From the sequence record SRR22947725_508: a stretch of 51,469 nucleotides of DNA. One strand, given 5' to 3'. A program made the position numbers and the translations under genes. Below, in pieces: positions 1 through 8,271 of this stretch (positions within the stretch are counted from its first letter, which is position 1; each line of letters begins with the position of its first letter). Below the pieces are notes generated by a model. It saw only the letters and a program-made list of their open reading frames with translations. It searched no databases and was not told where the DNA came from.

Positions 1-204
1 GAAGAAAATAGACTAGAAATAATCAAAAAATTTAAATCTACTCGTAATGAGAAGGATGTCTCTAGCGCTCTTTTATTACTTGAAGAAAAAGCCAAAACCA
101 AAGAAAATTTAATACCGTATATTATTGATTGCAGTGATCATAAATGTACACTTGGAGAAATATCTACTTCTTTAAAAAAAGCGTTTGGAGAATATTCCTT
201 ATAA
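1..204 (+). CDS. Methylmalonyl-CoA mutase family, catalytic subunit, C-terminal fragment (5' truncated by the window)
   Basis: Frame 1 reads EENRLEIIKKFKSTRNEKDV...ENLIPYIIDCSDHKCTLGEISTSLKKAFGEYSL*, matching the ENL.P.I.....TLGEI...L...FGEY end of stand-alone MCM N-domain subunits. Not in the ORF track. Confidence 0.8.
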   Translation, partial: EENRLEIIKKFKSTRNEKDVSSALLLLEEKAKTKENLIPYIIDCSDHKCTLGEISTSLKKAFGEYSL

Positions 205-282
205 ATTGTAAAAAAATAAGGAACATTATATAAAAAAATTGATAATATTAATATGAGTCTATTGAAAAAAATAAGGAAGAAA

Positions 283-855
283 ATGAAAAATAAAAAATTT
301 ACGTTACTATTTAGTACTTTAATGCTTTTCAGCTGCTCGGGCACTATACCAAATGTTGGAAATGAAGTTGCTGTGCAAGAAACACCGGACAAAGGTGAAG
401 AGGTTGTTAAACAAGAAGTTTCTGTAGAAACTTTCACTATCCAAGAAGCTGAATCACCGCCCTTGCCAGTGACTGTATTCGAGCCATATATGATTAAAAG
501 GGGTGACTATTTAATTAAAATTGCAGCTAGAGAATATGGAGATTCCTCAATGTGGAGAGAAATATATGAATGGAATAAGCAAGAAATTGGCCCTGATCCA
601 GATAAAATATATCCTTATCATTTTTTATCCTTAAAAAGAGATGCTGAGCAATCAAAAAATTGTGAATTAGAATTTTTTGAATATACAGTTCAGTCTGGCG
701 ATACTGCATGGAATTTGGCTGAAAGAATATATAATGATGAATTAGCATGGGTAGTAATCTATATGGATAATGCCGAAGTAATTAAGAATAATAGTGGTGT
801 ATTACAGCCAGGTTCTACTTTTCAGATGAGAAAAAAACTAGATCCTTGCAGCTAG
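283..855 (+). CDS. Lipoprotein with two LysM peptidoglycan-binding domains
   Basis: Lipobox LFSC; LysM-like YMIKRGDYLIKIA...W.EIY.WN and YTVQSGDTAWNLA...IY.DN. Start 283 (AGGAAG upstream) preferred over 253. Confidence 0.8.
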   Translation: MKNKKFTLLFSTLMLFSCSGTIPNVGNEVAVQETPDKGEEVVKQEVSVETFTIQEAESPPLPVTVFEPYMIKRGDYLIKIAAREYGDSSMWREIYEWNKQEIGPDPDKIYPYHFLSLKRDAEQSKNCELEFFEYTVQSGDTAWNLAERIYNDELAWVVIYMDNAEVIKNNSGVLQPGSTFQMRKKLDPCS

Positions 856-1451
856 ATTATAAAAGGATAGATTTTGATACAAAATGGATTCTAAATGGCT
901 CAAAATCTATCATTTATAGAGAGTCTATAAATTCGACTCTAAGTATTGCTCTTGACAAAGAACGTCAAATAAATGACAAAGGCAAAGTAGTCATTACTGA
1001 TAATCAAACAAGTGGTAAGGGTACTCATGGCAAACAATGGATCTCTACTCCCTATAAGGATTTAACTTTTAGTATTATACTAGGAAACAATAATAATTTT
1101 GGACAAAAACTTATTGATGAATGCTGTTTTGCTATGGTACATGTCTTGTCTTCATATGGTATAAAAGCAAGGGTAAAATCTCCCAATGATGTCTACATAA
1201 ACAATAAGAAAATAGTTGGAATTTTGTTGTCTAATATTCAATCAAGGGGATTAGAAAATAAAACATATCAGGCTCTAAGTATCGGTATAAATGTTAACTC
1301 TGCTATTGATATTAAAACCATTGATATGGGAGCAAAAGTAAGTAGTACTTCAGTATTCTTAGAGGTAGGAAAAGAAATCGATCGAGAAGCGCTATTAAAG
1401 CTAATTATAGAGAATATCGACCGTGCTATTCAAAAGCAGGAATATCTGTAA
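846..1451 (+). CDS. birA: Biotin--[acetyl-CoA-carboxylase] ligase, short group I-like form without HTH
   Basis: INST, QTSGKGTHGKQW, KSPND, KKIVGIL and SIGINVN are the BPL catalytic-domain motifs. Confidence 0.8.
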   Translation: MQLDYKRIDFDTKWILNGSKSIIYRESINSTLSIALDKERQINDKGKVVITDNQTSGKGTHGKQWISTPYKDLTFSIILGNNNNFGQKLIDECCFAMVHVLSSYGIKARVKSPNDVYINNKKIVGILLSNIQSRGLENKTYQALSIGINVNSAIDIKTIDMGAKVSSTSVFLEVGKEIDREALLKLIIENIDRAIQKQEYL

Positions 1452-2595
1452 TTTTTTGACCAAGAATTAGTGTATGTATCTCATGAGTTCCTTCATATGT
1501 ATACACTGTTTCTAAGTTCATCATGTGTCTCATCATTGGGTAGTCGTCCATTATACCATTTCCACCAAGAATCTCTCTTCCCAACTGAGCACATTTTCTA
1601 GCAATTGCGACATTATTCTTTTTACCTAGAGAAATATGAGAAAAATCTAAATCTCCGCTATCTTTAAGTCTAGCTAGCTGAAGAGCAAGCAATTGAGCCT
1701 TAGTAATTTCTTCTATCATATATACCAGTTTTTGTTGTGTAAGTTGGAAACCAGCAATTGGTTTTGAAAATTGCTTTCTATCTTTACTGTAACTTAATGC
1801 TACTTCATAACAATCAATAGCTGCGCCAATCACTCCCCAGGCAATTGAATATCTAGCCTGAGTTAAGCATGATAATGGTCCTTTTAAACCCTCAATATTT
1901 GGTAATCTATTTGCATCTGACACTCTAACATCTTTCATAAATAACTCTGAAGTTATCGATGCGCGTAAGCTCATTTTACCATGAATATTAGATGACGTAA
2001 ATCCATCCATTCCTTTCTCTAGTAAAAATCCACGGATAATATCATCTTCATCTCTAGCCCACACTACTGCAATATCTGCGATGGAACCATTTGTAATCCA
2101 CATTTTTGATCCATTAATAATCCAGTCGTCTCCATCTCTTTTTGCTCTTGTAAGCATTCCAGCTGGATCTGAACCATGATTCGACTCTGTAAGTCCAAAA
2201 CATCCTACTGCTTTACCAGCAGCTAATAAAGGGAGCCATTTATCTTTTTGCTTATCGGTACCATACTGATAAATTGGAAACATTACCAATGAACCTTGGA
2301 CACTGCATACCGACCTCAATCCTGAATCTCCTTTTTCGAGTTCTTGCATTATTAATCCATATGCAGTACTAGTTATTTCACTTCCTCCATACTTTTTAGG
2401 AAGAGTAGCACCAAAAAAGCCTAATTCTCCCATTTTTGAGATTAAATCGAGGGGAAACGATCCTTTTTCATAGTACTCATTCACGATAGGATTGAATTCT
2501 TCTGCAACAAATTGATTTGCTGTTTTTTGAATTAACAGCTCTTCATCCGTTAACAAAGATGTGATATTACAAAAATCTGGTCCAATATATTTCAT
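1426..2595 (-). CDS. Acyl-CoA dehydrogenase, glutaryl-CoA dehydrogenase-like
   Basis: GCFGLTESNHGSDP, GSKMWITNG, GGNGI, TYEGTHEIH and DSGLRS..SVQGSL are typical of the GCDH clade. Confidence 0.88.
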   Translation of the reverse strand: MKYIGPDFCNITSLLTDEELLIQKTANQFVAEEFNPIVNEYYEKGSFPLDLISKMGELGFFGATLPKKYGGSEITSTAYGLIMQELEKGDSGLRSVCSVQGSLVMFPIYQYGTDKQKDKWLPLLAAGKAVGCFGLTESNHGSDPAGMLTRAKRDGDDWIINGSKMWITNGSIADIAVVWARDEDDIIRGFLLEKGMDGFTSSNIHGKMSLRASITSELFMKDVRVSDANRLPNIEGLKGPLSCLTQARYSIAWGVIGAAIDCYEVALSYSKDRKQFSKPIAGFQLTQQKLVYMIEEITKAQLLALQLARLKDSGDLDFSHISLGKKNNVAIARKCAQLGREILGGNGIMDDYPMMRHMMNLETVYTYEGTHEIHTLILGQKITDIPAFE

Positions 2596-2634
2596 TTAGA
2601 TACTTCCATTTTTTAAAATTTTATTCTTTCATAT

Positions 2635-3414
2635 TTAATATAATAGGTCTGAAACGCTATTAAATAATATAGAATTTGTAGCAATTATAGGGTCTGTAAC
2701 AAGCGTTTTCTTTTGATTGTAGATAATATTTTTGTCATTAATAGTTTTTACAAAACCTCCAGCTTCTCTTACAATACAATCTCCTGCACAAATATCCCAC
2801 TCATTCTTTGGTGCAAGTGTTGAAAAAATATCATATTTATTAGCTCCAACTAATCCCAGTTTATAAGCAACACTGCCAACAGGTTCAATCAAACCAAAGT
2901 CGTCATTATAAGCTTCCCAAAGCTTTTTTTTATACTCCGATCTACTAACAGTAATAGATGAATCATTAAGCTTTTGTTTTTGAGATATAACAACCTTAGA
3001 ACCATTAAAAGCAGCTCCCTTGTTTTTTTCAGCAGAAAACATTTCTTTTGTGTAAGGATTATAAATAACACCCACGACTGGATATCCATCCTCAACTAAT
3101 GCAATACTAACAGAAAAATGGGGAACTCCCTCGATAAATTCTTTTGTTCCGTCGAGCGGGTCTACAATCCATACACGAGACTTATTTAGCCTTTCTGGTG
3201 TATCCACTGTTTCTTCTGAAAGCCATCCGTCATCTGGAAATTCTCCTCCAATGAAATCTGCGATATATTGATCTGCTTCGTGGTCAGCAATAGTAACTGG
3301 ATTATTGAAGCTCTTATATTTTACCTTTTTATCCGAATCAGAAAAATATTTCATTAAAATTTTTCCAGCATTTCTTGCCGCTACTTTTCCTGCAATTAAT
3401 TCTTCGCTAAACAT
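2635..3414 (-). CDS. Inositol monophosphatase / CysQ-type 3'(2'),5'-bisphosphate nucleotidase
   Basis: PVTIAD, LSEE, WIVDPLDGTKEF and EWDICAG motifs. Confidence 0.85.
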   Translation of the reverse strand: MFSEELIAGKVAARNAGKILMKYFSDSDKKVKYKSFNNPVTIADHEADQYIADFIGGEFPDDGWLSEETVDTPERLNKSRVWIVDPLDGTKEFIEGVPHFSVSIALVEDGYPVVGVIYNPYTKEMFSAEKNKGAAFNGSKVVISQKQKLNDSSITVSRSEYKKKLWEAYNDDFGLIEPVGSVAYKLGLVGANKYDIFSTLAPKNEWDICAGDCIVREAGGFVKTINDKNIIYNQKKTLVTDPIIATNSILFNSVSDLLY

Positions 3415-3555
3415 AATTATTAGATTATATGTATTATAAAGCTAAAAATCGCTAAATTAGTTTGAAATTGAGGGTAGAAATTAAAAACTAACTATTTTTT
3501 TTATTTTTATAATTTTAAACTAATAAATTTTTTTATACCTAGTATTCTCTCCTCT

Positions 3556-3610
3556 CTTTCATAGAAAATTAAATTATGTGCTACGTAAATATATGTAGCT
3601 CAAATGAAAG
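3556..3610 (+). promoter_or_regulatory. Structured 5' leader of the RNase E/G gene
   Basis: CTTTCAT (3556-62) pairs with ATGAAAG (3604-10), enclosing the hairpin GCTACGTA-aata-TATGTAGC (3580-99); ends 10 nt before ATG 3621. Confidence 0.4.
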
Positions 3611-3620
3611 TAAGGCTTTT

Positions 3621-5123
3621 ATGAAAAAAGAAATTTACATCAGTAAAGGTGTAGGAGAGACAAGGATAGCTGTCAAAGAAAATGGCACACTTGCCGAACT
3701 CCATGTTGATAAAGAATCAAAAGAAAGGACTGTTGGCAATATCTATAAAGGTGTTGTTGAAAATGTAATTCCTGGAATGCAGGCTGCATTTGTTAATATA
3801 GGTGAAGGCAATAATGCATTTTTACCATTCTCTGAAATTTCAGATCCTGAATTAATTGCAGATCGAAAACCTAAATCTAAAAATTCGAAAGAAATTAATG
3901 TTTTATTGTCTCCTGGACAGGAAATTATCGTTCAAGTAATTAAAGAACCTTTTGATAATAAGGGTGCTAGAGTAACTACAAATCTTTCGATTGCAGGACG
4001 TTTTATTGTACTAATTCCTAAATCAAAATATGTAGGCGTATCGAAAAAAATGCAGGATCGTTATGAAAGAAGAAGATTAAAAAAGATTGCATTTGATATG
4101 AAGAAACATGGATTAGGAATTATTATACGCACTGTTGCTGAAGGGAAAACTGATCAACAAATTCAAAATGACTACGCAAATTTAGAAAAAAAATATAACG
4201 GATTAATGAAGCTAGCAGAAAAAAGTGAGGCTCCAGCCCTTGTTCATAATGACCTTGAGATGACATCAAGTGTATTAAGGGACTTAATAAGTGATAAGGT
4301 TGAGAAAATTGTTGTTGACTCTAAAGATGATTATAAAAAAATACAGAAAATGGTTAAGGATGACGCACTAGACATTGGAGACACTCTAGAGCATTATCGC
4401 AAAAGAACACCTCTGTTTAAACAAACAGGTATTGATAACTCAATGATCAAGCTATTGAGAAATAAGGCGTGGCTCAAAAGTGGAGCATATCTTATTATTG
4501 AAAGAACTGAAGCAATGGTTGTAATAGATGTTAATAGTGGAAAATTTGTCGGTAAGAAAGGACATGAAGAAAATTCTTTAAAAATAAATTTAGAAGCTGC
4601 AAAAGAAGTAGCTGCTCAATTAAGATTACGACATTTGTCTGGACTAGTATTGATTGATTTCATTGATATGGTTTCAGCAGACAATAGAAAAAAAGTATAT
4701 CTTGAAATGAAAAAAGAACTAAGGAAGGATAGAGCAAAGGTAGCTGTATCAGAGATTTCAGAATTTGGAGTGCTTGAAATGACGAGAGAAAGAACTGGGT
4801 TGAGTATTATCGACTCATTAACCGAATGCTGTGATACCTGCAATGGAGATGGAAGAATTATATCTAAAGATACTCTTTTAACAAGAATTGACTACTGGTT
4901 ACGTGACTACAAGCAAAAAAATAAAGATCTTAGATTGAAGCTTTATCTTAACCCTGAAATTGCCCGATATTTAAAAGAAGAAAAAAAGAGAGATTATATA
5001 AGTTTAATGTGGAAGAATTTTGTATATCTAAAAGTAATTGATGATATTGCAATGGGCAAAAATGTGTTCCGCTTTACTAGGATGTCAGATCCTACAGATA
5101 TAACTCATGAAATAGGTACTTGA
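3621..5123 (+). CDS. Ribonuclease E/G family (RNase G-sized, no long C-terminal scaffold)
   Basis: GNIYKG.V..V.PGMQAAFV (S1 domain), IDVNSG, IDFIDM, LEMTRER, CDTCNG Zn-link. Start 3621 (MKKEIYI) preferred over 3576. Confidence 0.92.
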   Translation: MKKEIYISKGVGETRIAVKENGTLAELHVDKESKERTVGNIYKGVVENVIPGMQAAFVNIGEGNNAFLPFSEISDPELIADRKPKSKNSKEINVLLSPGQEIIVQVIKEPFDNKGARVTTNLSIAGRFIVLIPKSKYVGVSKKMQDRYERRRLKKIAFDMKKHGLGIIIRTVAEGKTDQQIQNDYANLEKKYNGLMKLAEKSEAPALVHNDLEMTSSVLRDLISDKVEKIVVDSKDDYKKIQKMVKDDALDIGDTLEHYRKRTPLFKQTGIDNSMIKLLRNKAWLKSGAYLIIERTEAMVVIDVNSGKFVGKKGHEENSLKINLEAAKEVAAQLRLRHLSGLVLIDFIDMVSADNRKKVYLEMKKELRKDRAKVAVSEISEFGVLEMTRERTGLSIIDSLTECCDTCNGDGRIISKDTLLTRIDYWLRDYKQKNKDLRLKLYLNPEIARYLKEEKKRDYISLMWKNFVYLKVIDDIAMGKNVFRFTRMSDPTDITHEIGT

Positions 5124-5148
5124 TAACCAATAATTTAGCTATTAAGTT
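5120..5148 (+). promoter_or_regulatory. Putative sigma70-type promoter of rplU-rpmA-mdh
   Basis: TTGATA-17 bp-TAAGTT, with ATG only 9 nt downstream and no SD. Confidence 0.55.
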
Positions 5149-5157
5149 CCCAAGCTT

Positions 5158-5562
5158 ATGTTTGCAATTGTAGAAATATATGGAAAACAGTATAAAGTCG
5201 CTAAAGGCGATACACTCTTAGTAGATTCTAAGATAGATATTGCTGTAGGTAAGACCTTGAAATTTGATAACGTAAAAGCGATATCAGACAAAGATACAAA
5301 TATATTTAATCCTAAAGAATTGGACTCATATAAAGTTAGCGCTAAAGTTCTTGAGCATAAAAAAGCTAATAAAGTTACAATTATCAAAAAGAAAAGAAGA
5401 AAAGGTTACCAAAGAAAAAATGGTCACCGTCAAGATCTAACTATGCTTGAAATTCAATCAATTACTGGAACAAAAGCAAAAGCAGCAGCAAAAACTACTA
5501 AAGCAGCTGCCCCAAAAAAGAAACCAGCAGCTAAGAAAACAGTTGCTGACAAGAAAAAATAA
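5158..5562 (+). CDS. rplU: 50S ribosomal protein L21 with Lys/Ala-rich tail
   Basis: MFAIVEIYGKQYKV...KKKRRKGYQRKNGHRQ; adjacent to rpmA. Confidence 0.96.
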   Translation: MFAIVEIYGKQYKVAKGDTLLVDSKIDIAVGKTLKFDNVKAISDKDTNIFNPKELDSYKVSAKVLEHKKANKVTIIKKKRRKGYQRKNGHRQDLTMLEIQSITGTKAKAAAKTTKAAAPKKKPAAKKTVADKKK

Positions 5563-5575
5563 AAGGTAGGGACTC

Positions 5576-5830
5576 ATGGCTCATAAAAAAGGACAAGGTA
5601 GTTCAAGGAACGGAAGAGATTCTAATGCACAAAGATTAGGTGTTAAAATGTCTGACGGACAACTAATTTTATCAGGCGGTATTATTATCAGACAAAGAGG
5701 TACTAAAGTACATCCTGGACGAAATGTTAAAAGAGGAAATGATGATACTCTATTCGCTACATCACCCGGCTTAGTTAAGTTCAGTAAAAAAGGCAAAACA
5801 ACCTTTGTTAGTGTCGTCGAACAAAATTAA
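5576..5830 (+). CDS. rpmA: 50S ribosomal protein L27
   Basis: [23 protein letters not shown] and RQRGTK.HPG.NV..G.DDTLFA. Confidence 0.98.
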   Translation: MAHKKGQGSSRNGRDSNAQRLGVKMSDGQLILSGGIIIRQRGTKVHPGRNVKRGNDDTLFATSPGLVKFSKKGKTTFVSVVEQN

Positions 5831-5832
5831 AA

Positions 5833-6768
5833 ATGGCTAGACCAAAAATAGCGTTAATCGGAGGTGGTCAAGTCGGTGGTAATATTGCTCTACTCTCCGC
5901 TCAAAAAGAATTAGGTGACATTGTCATCATAGACATCCCTCAAGCTGAAAACTTTATTAAAGGAAAAGCTTTAGACATATCACAACTTCTCCCACTTGAC
6001 GGCTACGATGCCAAATTAAGTGGTTCATCAGATTTTGCAGCAATTAAGGATTCCGATGTCATTGTTATTACTGCAGGATTTCCAAGACAGCCTGGAATGG
6101 ATCGTGAAGATTTATTAAAGAAAAATTTAGATATTATGACAAATGTTGCTGAGCAAGTAAAGCTTCATGCTCCTAATGCTTTTGTAATTGTTGTTTCAAA
6201 TCCTTTAGATGCAATGGTATATGCTTTTTATAAAGTATCAGGATTTTCTAAGAATAAAGTTGTTGGTATGGCTGGAGCACTTGATAGTGCTAGATTCAGA
6301 TCATTTATTGCAGAAGCAACGAATCTTTCTTCTCAAGATGTTACATGCATGGTTCTTGGTGGACATGGAGATACGATGGTTCCTGTAAGTCGCTTAGCAA
6401 CTGTAGGAGGTGTCCCACTAACATCACTATTAGATACTGATACAATTAAAGCAATTGAAGACCGAACTCGTTTTGGTGGCGGAGAACTAGTAAAATTGTT
6501 TGGAAAAGGATCGGCATTTTATGCCCCTGCACAATCAGCAGTAGAAATGATTGAAAGCTTTGTCAAAGATAAAAAAAGAGTAATCCCATGCGCATCACTC
6601 TGCGAAGGTGAATTTAATGTAGATGGATATTTTATTGGTGTTCCAACTGTTATTGGAGCTGATGGCGTTGAAAATATTTTAACATTCGATTTAAATGATG
6701 ATGAAAAAAATGCTCTTAATAATACTCTTTCAGAAGTTAAAAAGACAGTTCAAGAAACTGGACTTTAA
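5833..6768 (+). CDS. mdh: Malate dehydrogenase (LDH-like)
   Basis: KIALIGGGQVG, TAGFPRQPGMDREDLL, VSNPLD, LDSARF, LGGHGD, SAFYAP. Confidence 0.95.
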   Translation: MARPKIALIGGGQVGGNIALLSAQKELGDIVIIDIPQAENFIKGKALDISQLLPLDGYDAKLSGSSDFAAIKDSDVIVITAGFPRQPGMDREDLLKKNLDIMTNVAEQVKLHAPNAFVIVVSNPLDAMVYAFYKVSGFSKNKVVGMAGALDSARFRSFIAEATNLSSQDVTCMVLGGHGDTMVPVSRLATVGGVPLTSLLDTDTIKAIEDRTRFGGGELVKLFGKGSAFYAPAQSAVEMIESFVKDKKRVIPCASLCEGEFNVDGYFIGVPTVIGADGVENILTFDLNDDEKNALNNTLSEVKKTVQETGL

Positions 6769-6773
6769 TACAT

Positions 6774-7526
6774 TTGAAGAATAATCTATCTCTTCTAATT
6801 TTTTCATTATTAATATCACCCAATCTTTTTGCTCAATCCGGCTTTATTACTGAAGAAACTACCAAAGCTTCTTTTAAGATGGGCTCTATGGAATCTTCTG
6901 TTTATAAACACTTCTCTGAAAATACTTACTATTCAAAAATAGATTTTTCATTTAAAGGAAAAGGATTGGCCCGGTTAATGAGCAGAGATTTAGAAAATGG
7001 GACTATTATTTCATTTCAAGATTCTACTATCATAAATATAAATCATAAAAAAAATCGTTTTACCAAAAAGTTATTGTCTCAAATTTTAGAAGAAAAAGAA
7101 TCTGAGTCAGAAAATGAATCTGAAAATGAAAATCAAGAAGACGGTAATCCTGAAGAAGAAAGTTTTATTCCAATAATATCTGATAACTTAGAGCTAGTTA
7201 ATGGTTTTGAATCTTATAAAGTAACATTAAGCGAAGGTGATAATAGCAATCAAAATGTATGGGTTACAAGTACAGCTAGAAAATCTATTATTGTTAAATC
7301 TATGCAAAGTAGGATTGATGAATTTGAAAGAAACTGGATAAATTTCGATGGTAATTTTTCTGAAATAGGAATCGATCAAGATGTAATTATCGTTAAAGCA
7401 GTGTTTAGCGATGAAGAAGGTAGCTTTGAATATAATTTAAACGTATATGCTCCCACAGATTCTCTTCCAACTATGTTTGATCTTCCTGAAGATTATAAAA
7501 AAGTGAAAAAACTTAAAATGTTTTAA
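6774..7526 (+). CDS. Secreted hypothetical protein, possibly DUF4412/GLPGLI-like
   Basis: Signal peptide ...NLFA|Q; VNGF...KV..W and C-terminal F.LP.DYKKV pattern; acidic ESESENESENENQED insert; TTG start. Confidence 0.55.
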   Translation: MKNNLSLLIFSLLISPNLFAQSGFITEETTKASFKMGSMESSVYKHFSENTYYSKIDFSFKGKGLARLMSRDLENGTIISFQDSTIININHKKNRFTKKLLSQILEEKESESENESENENQEDGNPEEESFIPIISDNLELVNGFESYKVTLSEGDNSNQNVWVTSTARKSIIVKSMQSRIDEFERNWINFDGNFSEIGIDQDVIIVKAVFSDEEGSFEYNLNVYAPTDSLPTMFDLPEDYKKVKKLKMF

Positions 7527-8263
7527 GATTTATTTTTTAACTGCTTTATAATTTCTTCATACATTAACTCCTCTCTTTTATAAGGCCTAGGTAAATCAAT
7601 GGCTTCTTGAAATAGTCGTATTGCTTCATCTTTTTTATCCATCTTTTTATATGTCTTTCCCAGCCAATAGTATGTACCAATATAATTGGGCTCTAACTCT
7701 AAGCTTTTCTTAAGAAAATATTCTGACATCTCAAGAGAACCTTTTGGAGGTTCTTCAAATATCATTTTAGCTAGTCTCCTTGAAAATGAGCTGATATCAG
7801 CAAGACGATAATGCCATTGGCCCATTATATTATAACAAAAAGGATCATTCGGAAGTTTCTGAATTGCTTGCAAACAATGAAATTCAATGATCTTTGAGCT
7901 TTCAATCTGTTTTCTAATACTTTGATTCTCAACGCTCTTTCCGAACGATACTGCATACCACTTATGAACCTCTGCATTGGTAGAGTCAATTGACATGGCC
8001 TCAGTTATGTACTTTAAAGCCTTGTCTGTATTCAATTTTTCTATTTTTTTGTCATTGGTTTGTTCTGATAAAAAATGATGCGCCGCTGATAATCGTGATA
8101 GCACATCTATATTTTTTGGGAAAGTATTATTTAATTCTTTAAGAGGAATAATAGTTTTTTGAAATGCTAAGCTATCTAAATCAATATCAATTTTACTAAA
8201 GTCTTGAGCTGTCAAGAGGCTTATAATAGAAAATAGGAATACTAATCTTAAATTCTTAATCAA
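7523..8263 (-). CDS. Secreted TPR protein resembling the regulator-of-microtubule-dynamics (RMDN) family
   Basis: Signal peptide LLTA|Q; HKWYA, AI...P.DP....MGQW.Y..A......R..AKMIF..PP..S and L.L.P.Y......LGKTY recalled from RMDN-family TPR domains. Confidence 0.65.
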   Translation of the reverse strand: MIKNLRLVFLFSIISLLTAQDFSKIDIDLDSLAFQKTIIPLKELNNTFPKNIDVLSRLSAAHHFLSEQTNDKKIEKLNTDKALKYITEAMSIDSTNAEVHKWYAVSFGKSVENQSIRKQIESSKIIEFHCLQAIQKLPNDPFCYNIMGQWHYRLADISSFSRRLAKMIFEEPPKGSLEMSEYFLKKSLELEPNYIGTYYWLGKTYKKMDKKDEAIRLFQEAIDLPRPYKREELMYEEIIKQLKNKS

Positions 8264-8271
8264 AATATTAA

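Noticed and set aside
220-231. GGAACATTATAT shared with the RBS region at about 39038-39049
   Set aside because: Only two copies of a 12-mer in AT-rich DNA, and no start codon follows the first copy; probably chance.
7098-7140. GAAAAT/GAATCT short repeats as a CRISPR or contingency locus
   Set aside because: In-frame low-complexity acidic linker with no spacers.
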